This document shows, piece by piece, positions 1 to 8,526 of a DNA stretch of 27,088 nt. The translations under genes were made by a program, and so were the position numbers. Numbering within the stretch: the stretch's first letter is position 1; each line of letters opens with the position of its first letter. The DNA lies in the NCBI GenBank assembly GCA_038209745.1, contig JBBQXJ010000064.1, forward strand, positions 1-27,088. Direction: 5' to 3'. This DNA comes from Verrucomicrobiota bacterium. GTDB lineage: Bacteria; Verrucomicrobiota; Verrucomicrobiia; Limisphaerales; CANJSG01. The notes under the pieces were generated by a model that did no database searches, was not told where the DNA came from, and saw only the letters and a list, made by a program, of their open reading frames with translations.

Positions 1-1
1 G

Positions 2-976
2 CCCGTTGTCATTCCCGATCTAGTCGTCGGCAATGTCACCCGCGAGCTGACCGACCGCGAAAAGATGGAGCCCGACTTCGTCATCGTCCGCAGCGACGGC
101 AATCCCGTCTTCCACCTCGTCAACGTCATCGACGACATCGAAATGGGCATCACCCACGTCATCCGCGGCGAAGACCACCTCAGCAACACTGCCAAGCACA
201 TCGCCCTCTTCCGGGCGTTCGGTGCCGAGCCGCCCCAGTTCGCCCACATTCCCCTCATCCTGAACACGGACAAGTCCAAGATGAGCAAGCGCGACACCGG
301 CGCCGCCCTCTCCGGCTACATGGACGGAGGCTACGCGCCGGAAGCGCTGGTGAACTACCTCTGCCTCCTCAGCTGGTCCCCCAAGGGCAATCGCGAGATC
401 ATCCCTTTGGAGGAAGTCGTCCAACTGTTCGACCTCCCACAGGTCGTTCGCCACAACGCCAGCTTCGACATCGACAAGCTCCATTGGATCAACGGCGAAT
501 ACATCAGGCTGATGACACTCGAACGGTTCGAGGAGCTCTCGCGCGTGGCCTTCGCCAAGGCCGGCATGGCCCTCGACGGATTCGCGCCCGACTACGTCCG
601 CACCGCACTCAAGACCTGCCAGGAAAAGATCAAGAGCTTCTCCGAGATGCCCGCGTTCGGCGGCTTCTACTTCGCCGAGGTGACGGAATACGACGCCGCA
701 GGCGCCGCCAAGAGCTTCGTGCCCGAGAACGGGCCCCGCATTCAACAGCTGCGCGACGCCTTCGCCGCCCTTCCGGCTTTCGACGCCGCCATGTTGGAAG
801 CCTCCCTGAAGAACGTCGCCGTGGAGCTCGCCGTTAAGACCGGGCTGCTCATCCATCCGACCCGCCTTGCTACCACCGGCAGAACCGTCGGACCGAGCCT
901 CTACCACCTGCTCGAAGCGCTGGGCAAAGACCGGGTCCTCCAACGCCTCGACGCGGCCATCGCCGTCATCGGCTGA
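2..976 (+). CDS. gltX: Glutamate--tRNA ligase (GluRS), 5'-truncated by the window edge
   Basis: The frame is open from base 2 (PVVIPDLVVGNVTRELTDREKMEPDFVIVRSDG...). It contains class I GluRS motifs DDIEMGITHVIRGEDHLSNT and KMSKR, and the C-terminal anticodon-domain pattern HPTRLATTGRTVGPSL. The HIGH motif would lie upstream of the window. Confidence 0.96.
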   Translation, partial: PVVIPDLVVGNVTRELTDREKMEPDFVIVRSDGNPVFHLVNVIDDIEMGITHVIRGEDHLSNTAKHIALFRAFGAEPPQFAHIPLILNTDKSKMSKRDTGAALSGYMDGGYAPEALVNYLCLLSWSPKGNREIIPLEEVVQLFDLPQVVRHNASFDIDKLHWINGEYIRLMTLERFEELSRVAFAKAGMALDGFAPDYVRTALKTCQEKIKSFSEMPAFGGFYFAEVTEYDAAGAAKSFVPENGPRIQQLRDAFAALPAFDAAMLEASLKNVAVELAVKTGLLIHPTRLATTGRTVGPSLYHLLEALGKDRVLQRLDAAIAVIG

Positions 977-1006
977 GGTCGCCATTCATCTCGTATTGAC
1001 TTTGCC

Positions 1007-1033
1007 AAAGGCCGGATTCGTCCGGCCTTTTTT
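1007..1033 (+). terminator. Rho-independent terminator downstream of gltX
   Basis: Perfect 10-bp stem AAAGGCCGGA (1007-1016) / TCCGGCCTTT (1021-1030) with a TTCG loop and a T6 run at 1028-1033, about 30 nt after the gltX stop. Confidence 0.85.
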
Positions 1034-1109
1034 GCTGCCCGAGGCAAAGACCGCGGACCAGAAATTTCTCTGGCGCAGGCCAAGACGAGTCGACCCCGCG
1101 CAGCCCCAC

Positions 1110-1853
1110 TCAGTTCACCCGCTCCTGGACGTTGAAGCGGAACATCCGCTTCTTCATCCAGCGCACGGCCAGCAGGTCGTAGAACGAGGCGAAGAGGCGG
1201 TTCCACACCCCGTAGTTGCTCACCCCGGCGAAGCGCGGATTGTGGCCCACGTCGATCTCCATGACGGTGAAGCCCTCGATCTTGAAGAGCGTGGGCATGA
1301 ACCGGTGCATGCCCTTGAAGAACTTCAGATCGGCGATGCACTCGCGCTTGAAGGCCCGGTAGCAGCAGCCGGCGTCCGACACCTGTTCCCCGCTCAGCTT
1401 GTTGCGGACCCAGTTCGCGATCCGGCTGGAGATCACCTTCACGATCCCGTCCCCGTCCGAACGCACCTTGACCCGCGTGCCGCAGACGCAGTCGACGCCG
1501 CTCTTCATCGCCTCGATGAACTTCGGCAGATCGGCGGGATCGTTCTGCAGATCCGCGTCGAGCGTGATCAAGATGGCGCCCTTGGCCACCCTCATCCCGG
1601 CCCACATCGCGGCGGACTGGCCGCTGTTGCGGTTCAGCTTCAATCCCACGACCCGCGGGTCCTCCGCCGCCATCGTCTTCAGCAGCGCCCACGATCCGTC
1701 GCGCGAACAGTCGTCGGTCACGACGAACTCCCACGGAACGCCCGTCGGATCGAGCGCCGCCGCGATGGTGCGGTGGAGTTCACGGAGGTTCCCTTCCTCG
1801 TTGAAACAAGGAATCACGACGCTGACTTCGGGCTGGACGCTGGGGCGGGGCAT
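1110..1853 (-). CDS. Glycosyltransferase family 2 (DPM1/ArnC-like polyprenol-phosphate glycosyltransferase)
   Basis: Motifs VSVVIPCFNEE, DDCSRDGS, NSGQSAA, TLDADLQNDPAD, DAGCCYRA, HRFMP and HNPRFAGVSNYG. ATG at 1853 preferred over the track start at 1865. Confidence 0.9.
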   Translation of the reverse strand: MPRPSVQPEVSVVIPCFNEEGNLRELHRTIAAALDPTGVPWEFVVTDDCSRDGSWALLKTMAAEDPRVVGLKLNRNSGQSAAMWAGMRVAKGAILITLDADLQNDPADLPKFIEAMKSGVDCVCGTRVKVRSDGDGIVKVISSRIANWVRNKLSGEQVSDAGCCYRAFKRECIADLKFFKGMHRFMPTLFKIEGFTVMEIDVGHNPRFAGVSNYGVWNRLFASFYDLLAVRWMKKRMFRFNVQERVN

Positions 1854-2071
1854 GGTCGGGCGCAATTCGACGGACTGCGTGGGGCGAGCCTACCGGATGC
1901 CGCCCGACACTAGGCGAGCGGAAACTGAACCGAACTCTGCGCAGGAACCACGAACGGCCTCAAAGATCACTTGATCCTGGTGTTCCCCACGATTGTCCGG
2001 AAAAAAACTGCCCTCCCAACGCGAGACTCCTAAAGTCCTTCCTTCAGTCGTTCCGCAGGACCGTGCAGGAA

Positions 2072-4087
2072 ATGCCCCTAAAACTTCGCAAGATCATGAA
2101 GCCCGCCCTCAGCGCGGTGTTGACGGTCCTCTGTGGCCTGATCCTTTGGCGGGCGGCCTTCGGCGAAGCCTGGATCCGCGCCAGCTACGACTACCTCTTC
2201 CGCTTCGGCTCCCACACCGTCACCAACGACGTCGTTCTCGTGATGATGGACAACGATTCGTTCGACAGCCTGCACCAGGACCGCAACGGGACCTGGGACC
2301 GCGCGCTCCACGCCCGGCTGCTCAATCGCCTGGCCGACGACGGCTGCTCCATGGTCGTGCTCGACGCGTTTTTCCGTGGCATCAAGGATCCCGACAAGGA
2401 CGAGGCCCTGATCGAGGCGATGCGTCGAAACCGGACTCTTGTCCTCATGGCCGACCGGGCCGAAACGACCCATCCAGAGCTCATGGCCGACTACGCCGTA
2501 CTGCCGGCCAATTCGTTCCTCGACGCGGCCAAGGGCCGCTGGGGCGTCGCTTGGCTGCAGCCGGATCTCGACCTGATCGTTCGCCAACACTGGCCGGATC
2601 CTTCGCCCGGCCATTATCCAAGTCTGCCAGAAGCCGCCGCCCGCGCCGCCGGCGCCCGGCTGGACGACATGCCGCAAGAGAAATGGCTCCGATACTATGG
2701 TCGGGACGGAGCATGGACCCGTCTTGGCTATCGCTTCGCCTTGAACCAGAAGCCGGGCTATTTCCTCGGCAAGACCGTCTTCATCGGCATCGAGCCCGCC
2801 ACCCCGCGGCCGAGCCAGGAACGGGACGAGTTCTCCACACCCTACACCCGCTGGACGGGAGCATCGTCCGGCGGCGCCGAGATCCTCGCGACGGCGTTCC
2901 TCAACCTGATGAACAACGACTGGTTGCGCCGCCCGACAATCGAGTTCGAAGGCGCCGTCCTCGCGCTCTGCGGAGCAGGACTGGGCTTCTCGCTCTGGTT
3001 CATAACCGGCCGAATCAGGATCGTGCTCGCCGTCGCCGTCGCGGTGATCGCCACTCTCGGGGCCATTTTGGCCACGCACTACAGCAACTATTGGTTCCCT
3101 TGGATGTTGGTCGTCGGAGCACAGCTCCCCGTGGCCCTGGCCTACGCCTACGCCGTGCCGCGCTTTCAGCCGATGCCCGCCAAAGGCCTTTCGTCAGGAC
3201 CGGCTCCCACCGCTTCTACTGCCGTGGATCTCCCACCCGAAATGGCGGAGTACACGCCCTTCCACCCTCCTTTTGGCCGTGGCGCCTACGGCCGGGTGTG
3301 GTTGGCCAAGAACGCCATTGGTCAATGGCAGGCGCTCAAGGTCGTCTATGCATCGAACTTCTCCGAAGCCGGCCCCTACGACCGCGAGTTCAACGGTGTC
3401 AGCCGCTACAAACCCGTTTCGGACAAGAACCCCAGCCTCCTGCGCGTCGATTTCGTCAGCACCAAACGGCCGGACTACTTCTACTACGTCATGGAGCTGG
3501 GCGATTCTATCGTCCCGGACTGGCAGTCGAATCCGTCCACCTACAAGCCGCGCGATCTCATGAACGAACGGAAGAACGCGCCCCGCGGAAGACTTCCGGT
3601 CCGGGACTGCGTCCGCATCGGGCTGACCCTGGCCGACGGCCTCGGATTCCTCCACCGGCAGGGGCTGACCCACCGCGACATCAAGCCGCAGAACGTCATC
3701 TTCGTGAACGGCCAACCCAAGCTCGCCGACATCGGACTCATCGCCGAAATCCGGCCGCCCGAAGAGGAACACACCTACGTCGGGACCATCGGCTACATGC
3801 CGCCGCCACCCGAACGGCCCGGCACGGCCCAGGCCGACATCTACGCCCTCGGCATGATGCTCTTCGTGCTGGGCACCGGGAAACAGCCGAGCTTCTTCCC
3901 CGAGATCTCCACCACCTTGGCGGAGGGGACCGGATTCATGGAGTTCATCCCGCTCAATTCCGTCATCCTCACCGCCTGCCAGCCTGACCCCGCGCAGCGC
4001 TACGCCACCGCCGCCGACCTGCAACGGGCCCTCCAGGACGTGCTCGAGACCCTCGACAGTTGGGCAGCGGGTCCGGGCAAGACCTGA
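2072..4087 (+). CDS. CHASE2-domain membrane sensor fused to a Hanks-type Ser/Thr protein kinase
   Basis: N-terminal TM/signal, CHASE2-like segment (WDRALHARLLNRL..VVLDAFF..GAEILATAFLNL), about three hydrophobic helices, then kinase motifs GRGAYGRVW, ALKVV, YYVMEL, HRDIKPQN, LADIGL and GTIGYMPP. Start uncertain (2063 GTG, 2072 ATG or 2096 ATG). Confidence 0.88.
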   Translation: MPLKLRKIMKPALSAVLTVLCGLILWRAAFGEAWIRASYDYLFRFGSHTVTNDVVLVMMDNDSFDSLHQDRNGTWDRALHARLLNRLADDGCSMVVLDAFFRGIKDPDKDEALIEAMRRNRTLVLMADRAETTHPELMADYAVLPANSFLDAAKGRWGVAWLQPDLDLIVRQHWPDPSPGHYPSLPEAAARAAGARLDDMPQEKWLRYYGRDGAWTRLGYRFALNQKPGYFLGKTVFIGIEPATPRPSQERDEFSTPYTRWTGASSGGAEILATAFLNLMNNDWLRRPTIEFEGAVLALCGAGLGFSLWFITGRIRIVLAVAVAVIATLGAILATHYSNYWFPWMLVVGAQLPVALAYAYAVPRFQPMPAKGLSSGPAPTASTAVDLPPEMAEYTPFHPPFGRGAYGRVWLAKNAIGQWQALKVVYASNFSEAGPYDREFNGVSRYKPVSDKNPSLLRVDFVSTKRPDYFYYVMELGDSIVPDWQSNPSTYKPRDLMNERKNAPRGRLPVRDCVRIGLTLADGLGFLHRQGLTHRDIKPQNVIFVNGQPKLADIGLIAEIRPPEEEHTYVGTIGYMPPPPERPGTAQADIYALGMMLFVLGTGKQPSFFPEISTTLAEGTGFMEFIPLNSVILTACQPDPAQRYATAADLQRALQDVLETLDSWAAGPGKT

Positions 4088-4124
4088 GCGGAGAAGTCCC
4101 GCACCGGCTCAACCCGGTTCCAGC

Positions 4125-4559
4125 TCATCCCCACCGGCGCGGCTTCCTCCGGGTCAGGTTGAATGCGCGCGGCAAGTGGCGGATCTCCCGCACCGCGCCG
4201 TCGGCCAACAACACCTCCACGATGTCGAAGCGGAATTTCACCTCCGGATTCTCCAGCCGTCCCAGATAGTCCTGCGCGGCCCGCGAAAGCTTCGCCCTCT
4301 TCGAGGCGTCCACCGCGGCGGCCGGCCGCGTCCAAGCTTCGCTCGAACGGGTCTTCACCTCGACGAACACCAGACAGTCCTCGTCCCGGAAAATCAGGTC
4401 CAGTTCACCGCGTTCAGTCCGCACATTGGCGGCCAGAAACTTCAACCCCAGGCTCTGGAGATGCCCCTTGGCGGCCTCTTCCCCCAAGACCCCACGCCGC
4501 AGATGCTCGGGCCTGGATGCCGGTGATTTCCCCACAAGATGACGCAGCCAGACGAACAT
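4125..4559 (-). CDS. yraN: YraN family (UPF0102) PD-(D/E)XK endonuclease-like protein
   Basis: GVLGEEAA..L..LG, GELDLI, LVFVEVKTR and RFDIVEV motifs. ATG at 4559 lies 23 nt downstream of the IMPase stop; the track extension to 4730 overlaps the upstream gene. Confidence 0.9.
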   Translation of the reverse strand: MFVWLRHLVGKSPASRPEHLRRGVLGEEAAKGHLQSLGLKFLAANVRTERGELDLIFRDEDCLVFVEVKTRSSEAWTRPAAAVDASKRAKLSRAAQDYLGRLENPEVKFRFDIVEVLLADGAVREIRHLPRAFNLTRRKPRRWG

Positions 4560-4582
4560 GGTGCCCTCGGCATGACCCGCCG

Positions 4583-5419
4583 CTAAGCGGCCGCGATCGC
4601 CTTGTCGATCTGCTTTCGCATCGCGCCGTTGCTCACGCAGATCTCGTAGGTGTGGTCCGCGCTGATCTGCCGCCGCCAAAATTCGCCGCCCGCGCATTCC
4701 ACGATCAACCCGCCGGCCGCGATGTCCCACAGGCGCACGCCGTGTTCCTTGTAGGCGTCGAGCCGGCCGTTGGCCGTCCAGGTCATCGAGAGAGCGGCGG
4801 CGCCCAGCAGGCGCAGCTTTCGCACCCGATGGATCAGCACGTTGAAGACGGGCAACATCTTCGCCAGCGTCTCCTCATACTTCGCGAAGCCCATCGCGAT
4901 GATCGCCTCCTCCAGTTTCTTGCGGCTCGCCACCTGGATCTTCTTTCCGTTGAGCCGCGCCGGCTGCCCGTCGATCGCCGTCCACATTTCGTCGAGGAAG
5001 GGGTCGTAGACCATGCCCGTCACGGTGGCGTAGGCGTCGTCGGAAAACACCGCCTTCTTCTCCAACCCCGGCCGGCGTTCCTGAAGGGCGATCGACACAC
5101 ACGCGTGGGGAATGCCGTAGGCGAAGTTCACCGTGCCGTCGATCGGGTCCACCACCCAGCGCCGCGCCCGTCCAGTGTCGCCCGAGTCCCCTTCCTCGCC
5201 CAGCACCGCGATGTCCGGAAAAGCCTTCGCCAGCGCCCGCTCGATCGTCTTCTGCGAACGGACGTCGAGCTCCAGCTTGATGTCGTGCTGGGTGGCCGCA
5301 TTGACCCGTTTTGTCGCGCTCGCGAGTGCCTTCCGCAGGGTCGCGCCGACCTCGCGGGCGACGGTTTCGGTGGCGACAAGGGCCCGGCGTTTTTCGGGAA
5401 GGGACAACAGCTTTGGCAT
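4583..5419 (-). CDS. suhB: Inositol monophosphatase family protein (SuhB-like)
   Basis: Motifs VLGEEG, WVVDPIDGTVNF, RLLGAAAL and WDIAAGGLIVECAGG. Confidence 0.88.
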   Translation of the reverse strand: MPKLLSLPEKRRALVATETVAREVGATLRKALASATKRVNAATQHDIKLELDVRSQKTIERALAKAFPDIAVLGEEGDSGDTGRARRWVVDPIDGTVNFAYGIPHACVSIALQERRPGLEKKAVFSDDAYATVTGMVYDPFLDEMWTAIDGQPARLNGKKIQVASRKKLEEAIIAMGFAKYEETLAKMLPVFNVLIHRVRKLRLLGAAALSMTWTANGRLDAYKEHGVRLWDIAAGGLIVECAGGEFWRRQISADHTYEICVSNGAMRKQIDKAIAAA

Positions 5420-5500
5420 CTACGGAACTGTGGCGCATCGCCCAAACCACGGGCGAGGGGAAATTGCGATACGAACGCTCCGTCCACGGAGCCCAGACAT

Positions 5501-5591
5501 GGACCGCGGAGCATCGTTCCGCCGGGGCGCAACGGCGGCAAAGGCGGCGGCCGGTTGCAACGGCGTTCCGCAGAGCGGTGCTCCGTGGTCC
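5501..5591. repeat. Imperfect 22-bp intergenic inverted repeat
   Basis: GGACCGCGGAGCATCGTTCCGC (5501-5522) pairs with GCAGAGCGGTGCTCCGTGGTCC (5570-5591): 18/22 Watson-Crick pairs, plus three G.U pairs if the + strand folds. It lies immediately after the radical SAM stop. Confidence 0.55.
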
Positions 5592-5593
5592 GG

Positions 5594-6685
5594 TCAAAAG
5601 CCGAAGTTCATCTGGTCTCCCGCCCGATCAGGCCGTCGGAACGCCGCCGCCGACAAACCGGGGCGATTCCCTTCGATTCCCGCCTTGCGGCAAGCGATCT
5701 TGAATTGCGCCGCGAGCTGCTCGGCGAAGATCCCCGTGCCCGCCATCCGTTCGCCGAATTCCGCGACGTTCAGCTTCCCGTCTCTTACCGCCCTGATGCG
5801 GTTCATCACCTTGTCGAACCGGTCCGGATACCAGCGCTGCAGCCAGTCCTGGAAGAGGTCCTTCACCCCGAAAGGCAGGCGCAAGACGACGTAGCCCGCG
5901 AACTTCGCTCCGGCCGCCGTCGCCGCGCCGATGATCGGCATCATCTCGTGGTCGTTCAGTCCGGGAATCATCGGCGCCGCCATCACCCCGACCGGCACGC
6001 CCGCCTCCGCCAGGATCCGGATCGTGTCCAATCGTTGCCGGGGCGAAGCCGTTCGCGGCTCCATCCGCCGCGCCAGCTCCGCGTCGAGCGTGGTGACCGA
6101 GACAAACACCGCCGCGGCGTTGAACCGCGCCAACTCCTTCAGCAGGTCCAGATCGCGCGTCACCAGGGCGTTCTTGGTCACGATTCCGACTGGATTGCGA
6201 AACTCGGCGAAGACTTCCAAGCAGCCTCGCGTGATGCGGAACTGCCGCTCCGCCGGCTGATAACAATCCGTCACTCCGCTCATCGCCACGACCTGCGGCC
6301 GCCACTTCGGAGAAGACAGGCCGTTGCGCAGAAGCGCTGCCGCATCGGTCTTCACCATGATGCGGGTCTCGAAATCCAGACCGGCGGAGAAGCCCAGATA
6401 CTCGTGCGTCGGCCGCGCGTAGCAATAGACGCACCCGTGCTCGCAGCCGCGATACGGGTTGATGCTGTAGTCGAACGGGATGTCCGGACTGTCGTTGCGG
6501 TTGAGGATCGTCTGCGTCGCGTCGCGGTAGAAAAGAGTCCCCGGTCGCGGCGTCTGGCCGATCTCGTCCGGAAACGGTTCCGCGTCCGGATCCGGCTCCA
6601 CATGGAGCCGCTCGAAACGATTCGGCGGATTGTCCGCCGCACCGCGTCCCGGAATGGTTGAAGGCCGATCCACGCCCCGCAGCAT
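5594..6685 (-). CDS. PA0069/Rv2578c-family radical SAM protein (spore photoproduct lyase-like superfamily)
   Basis: N-terminal GRGA..NP.NRFE, SPDIPFDYSINPYRGCEHGCVYCYARPTHEYLG (CxxxCxxC), SGVTDCYQPAER, TKNALVTRDLD, MEPRTASP and APMIPGLNDHE. Start is ATG 6685 or GTG 6673; the track start at 6769 runs into the pgi terminator. Confidence 0.92.
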   Translation of the reverse strand: MLRGVDRPSTIPGRGAADNPPNRFERLHVEPDPDAEPFPDEIGQTPRPGTLFYRDATQTILNRNDSPDIPFDYSINPYRGCEHGCVYCYARPTHEYLGFSAGLDFETRIMVKTDAAALLRNGLSSPKWRPQVVAMSGVTDCYQPAERQFRITRGCLEVFAEFRNPVGIVTKNALVTRDLDLLKELARFNAAAVFVSVTTLDAELARRMEPRTASPRQRLDTIRILAEAGVPVGVMAAPMIPGLNDHEMMPIIGAATAAGAKFAGYVVLRLPFGVKDLFQDWLQRWYPDRFDKVMNRIRAVRDGKLNVAEFGERMAGTGIFAEQLAAQFKIACRKAGIEGNRPGLSAAAFRRPDRAGDQMNFGF

Positions 6686-6761
6686 GGCACACGGACCGGA
6701 CAACGACAGTCCGATCCGCCCGACAATTTCAATCCGCGATCCACCGGAATCGCGGCCCCTG

Positions 6762-6805
6762 AAAACCACAAAACCGCCCGGTTCTCAATGGAGAACCGGG
6801 CGGTT
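6762..6805 (-). terminator. Rho-independent terminator of pgi
   Basis: Perfect 15-bp stem AACCGCCCGGTTCTC (6772-6786) / GAGAACCGGGCGGTT (6791-6805) with a 4-nt loop. On the minus strand it ends in a T-rich tail (TTTTGTGGTTTT), 20 nt after the pgi stop. Confidence 0.82.
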
Positions 6806-6825
6806 GAATCCGAGAGATGAGCCGC

Positions 6826-8409
6826 TCAGGCCCCGAACTTCGCCAAAGCCCCGTCGCCAGACCGCTTCACACCCGTTCCGGGATTGCCCGCCAAATGCAG
6901 GCACGTCTTGAAGATCGTCTCGATGTTGTCCGAGCCGATGGCTGCGGCCAGTTCCGGACCGGTGAAGCTCCTGCCGGCATTCACCTTCAGATGTTCGGCC
7001 ACCTTCGACTTCAACGCCAGAATCCCGGCGGCCGCCTTCTTGCCGGCTTCCACACCGGGCTGGTGGTAGGCGTTGATGTTGACCAGCGACGCGTAGAGGC
7101 CGACAGCGCGTTCGAAGAGCGCGATGAGGGCGCCAACGCTGAACGGCGTGACTTCCGGCACGGTGAGGGTGATCGACTGCCGCCCGTTCTCATACAGCGC
7201 CTGGCGGGTTCCGAGCAGGAAGCCGCTGAGGAAGTCGCCCGAGGTCACCCCCGGTTCCACCTCGATGCTGCCGGCCGCGCGGTCCCGCAGCGACTCGATG
7301 AACACCACGAAGAAGTTGAGCACGCCGTCGCGCAGCTGCTGCACATAGGCGTGCTGGTCGGTGGAGCCTTTGTTGCCATAGACCGCGATGCCCTGGTTCA
7401 CCACCTTGCCGTCGAGATCCAGCTCCTTGCCGAGCGACTCCATGACGAGCTGCTGGAGATACTTCGCGAAGAGCTCCAACCGATCCTTGTAGGGCAGCAC
7501 CACCATGTCCTTGCTCCCCTTGCCATCGCCGATGAAATACCAGCAGAGCGCGAGCTGCGCGGCCGGATTCGCGGCCACCGTTGCCACACGGGTGACGGCG
7601 TCGGTCGCTTTGGCCCCGGTCAGCATGCCTCGGAAGTCGATTCCCTGGAGCGCGGCGGGAAGCAGACCCACCGCCGACAGTTCGCTCGTGCGGCCGCCGA
7701 CCCAGTCCCACATGGGAAAGCTCTTCAACCAACCACCCGCCGTGGCGGCCTTGTGCAGCGCACTGCCCATCCCGGTGACGGCGACGGCGTGTTGGCCGAA
7801 GTCCAAGCCGGCCTTCTCATAGGCGGACTTGGCTTCGAGCATGCCGTTGCGCGTCTCGGGCGTGCCGCCGGACTTGGAAATCACCACGACCAACGTCTGC
7901 CCAAGCTGTCCGTCGAGGCGGGCCAAGGTCCGGTCCATCCCGTCCGGATCCGTGTTGTCGAAGAAGAAGACGCCCATCTTGTCGGTCTTGGGATCGCCGA
8001 GCGCATTGGCGACGAACTGCGGCCCGAGCGCCGAGCCGCCGATGCCGATCACCAGCACGTTCTTGAACGCGCCCTTCGCTCCGGCGATCTGCCCGCCGTG
8101 GACGGACTTGGTGAAGGACTCGATGTCGTTGAGCGTGCCTTCGATCTCGGCGGCGATCTCCTTCGTCGGCGCCAGAGCGGCATCCCGCAGCCAATAGTGG
8201 CCGACCATCCGATTCTCGTCGGGATTCGCGATCGCGCCCTTCTCCAACGCGGCCATGGAGGCAAAGGCCGTGTTGATGATCGGCTGCATCTTGGCGAAGA
8301 AATCATCCGGGAAATTCACCCGGCTGATGTCGATCGACAAACCGGCGGAGGGGAATTCGTGGTAGTGCTTCTGGAAACGGTCCCAGACCTGGGGATTGGT
8401 GACGCTCAT
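6826..8409 (-). CDS. pgi: Glucose-6-phosphate isomerase
   Basis: [71 protein letters not shown] and [16 protein letters not shown] at 8409 (MSVTNPQVW) preferred over the track start at 8514. Confidence 0.96.
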   Translation of the reverse strand: MSVTNPQVWDRFQKHYHEFPSAGLSIDISRVNFPDDFFAKMQPIINTAFASMAALEKGAIANPDENRMVGHYWLRDAALAPTKEIAAEIEGTLNDIESFTKSVHGGQIAGAKGAFKNVLVIGIGGSALGPQFVANALGDPKTDKMGVFFFDNTDPDGMDRTLARLDGQLGQTLVVVISKSGGTPETRNGMLEAKSAYEKAGLDFGQHAVAVTGMGSALHKAATAGGWLKSFPMWDWVGGRTSELSAVGLLPAALQGIDFRGMLTGAKATDAVTRVATVAANPAAQLALCWYFIGDGKGSKDMVVLPYKDRLELFAKYLQQLVMESLGKELDLDGKVVNQGIAVYGNKGSTDQHAYVQQLRDGVLNFFVVFIESLRDRAAGSIEVEPGVTSGDFLSGFLLGTRQALYENGRQSITLTVPEVTPFSVGALIALFERAVGLYASLVNINAYHQPGVEAGKKAAAGILALKSKVAEHLKVNAGRSFTGPELAAAIGSDNIETIFKTCLHLAGNPGTGVKRSGDGALAKFGA

Positions 8410-8455
8410 GGTGCGAGCAGAGATAGCGACCACTGCCACAACCGGAAAGCCCAAA

Positions 8456-8513
8456 GACGGCAACTCCCGTCGGCCGCTACGGCTCCGTGGCGGCGAACGG
8501 GAGTTCGCCGCCA
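8456..8513. repeat. Inverted pair of REP-like palindromes (GTAG/GTGG foot plus hairpin)
   Basis: Plus-strand copy GTGG-CGGCGAAC-GGGA-GTTCGCCG from 8487 (perfect 11-bp stem 8488-8498/8503-8513). Minus-strand copy GTAG-CGGCCGAC-GGGA-GTTGCCG starting at 8480. The copies diverge from a 6-nt spacer. Confidence 0.55.
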
Positions 8514-8526
8514 ACTTCTTCCCCGC

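Noticed and set aside
20..985. 321-aa minus-strand ORF
   Set aside because: Antisense shadow of gltX; no recognisable motifs, typical of GC-rich DNA.
1993..3987. 664-aa plus-strand ORF overlapping the CHASE2-kinase
   Set aside because: Arg/Pro-rich off-frame shadow of a gene with clear motifs.
4163..6661. 832-aa plus-strand ORF
   Set aside because: Antisense to three well-supported genes (yraN, suhB, radical SAM); no domain signal.
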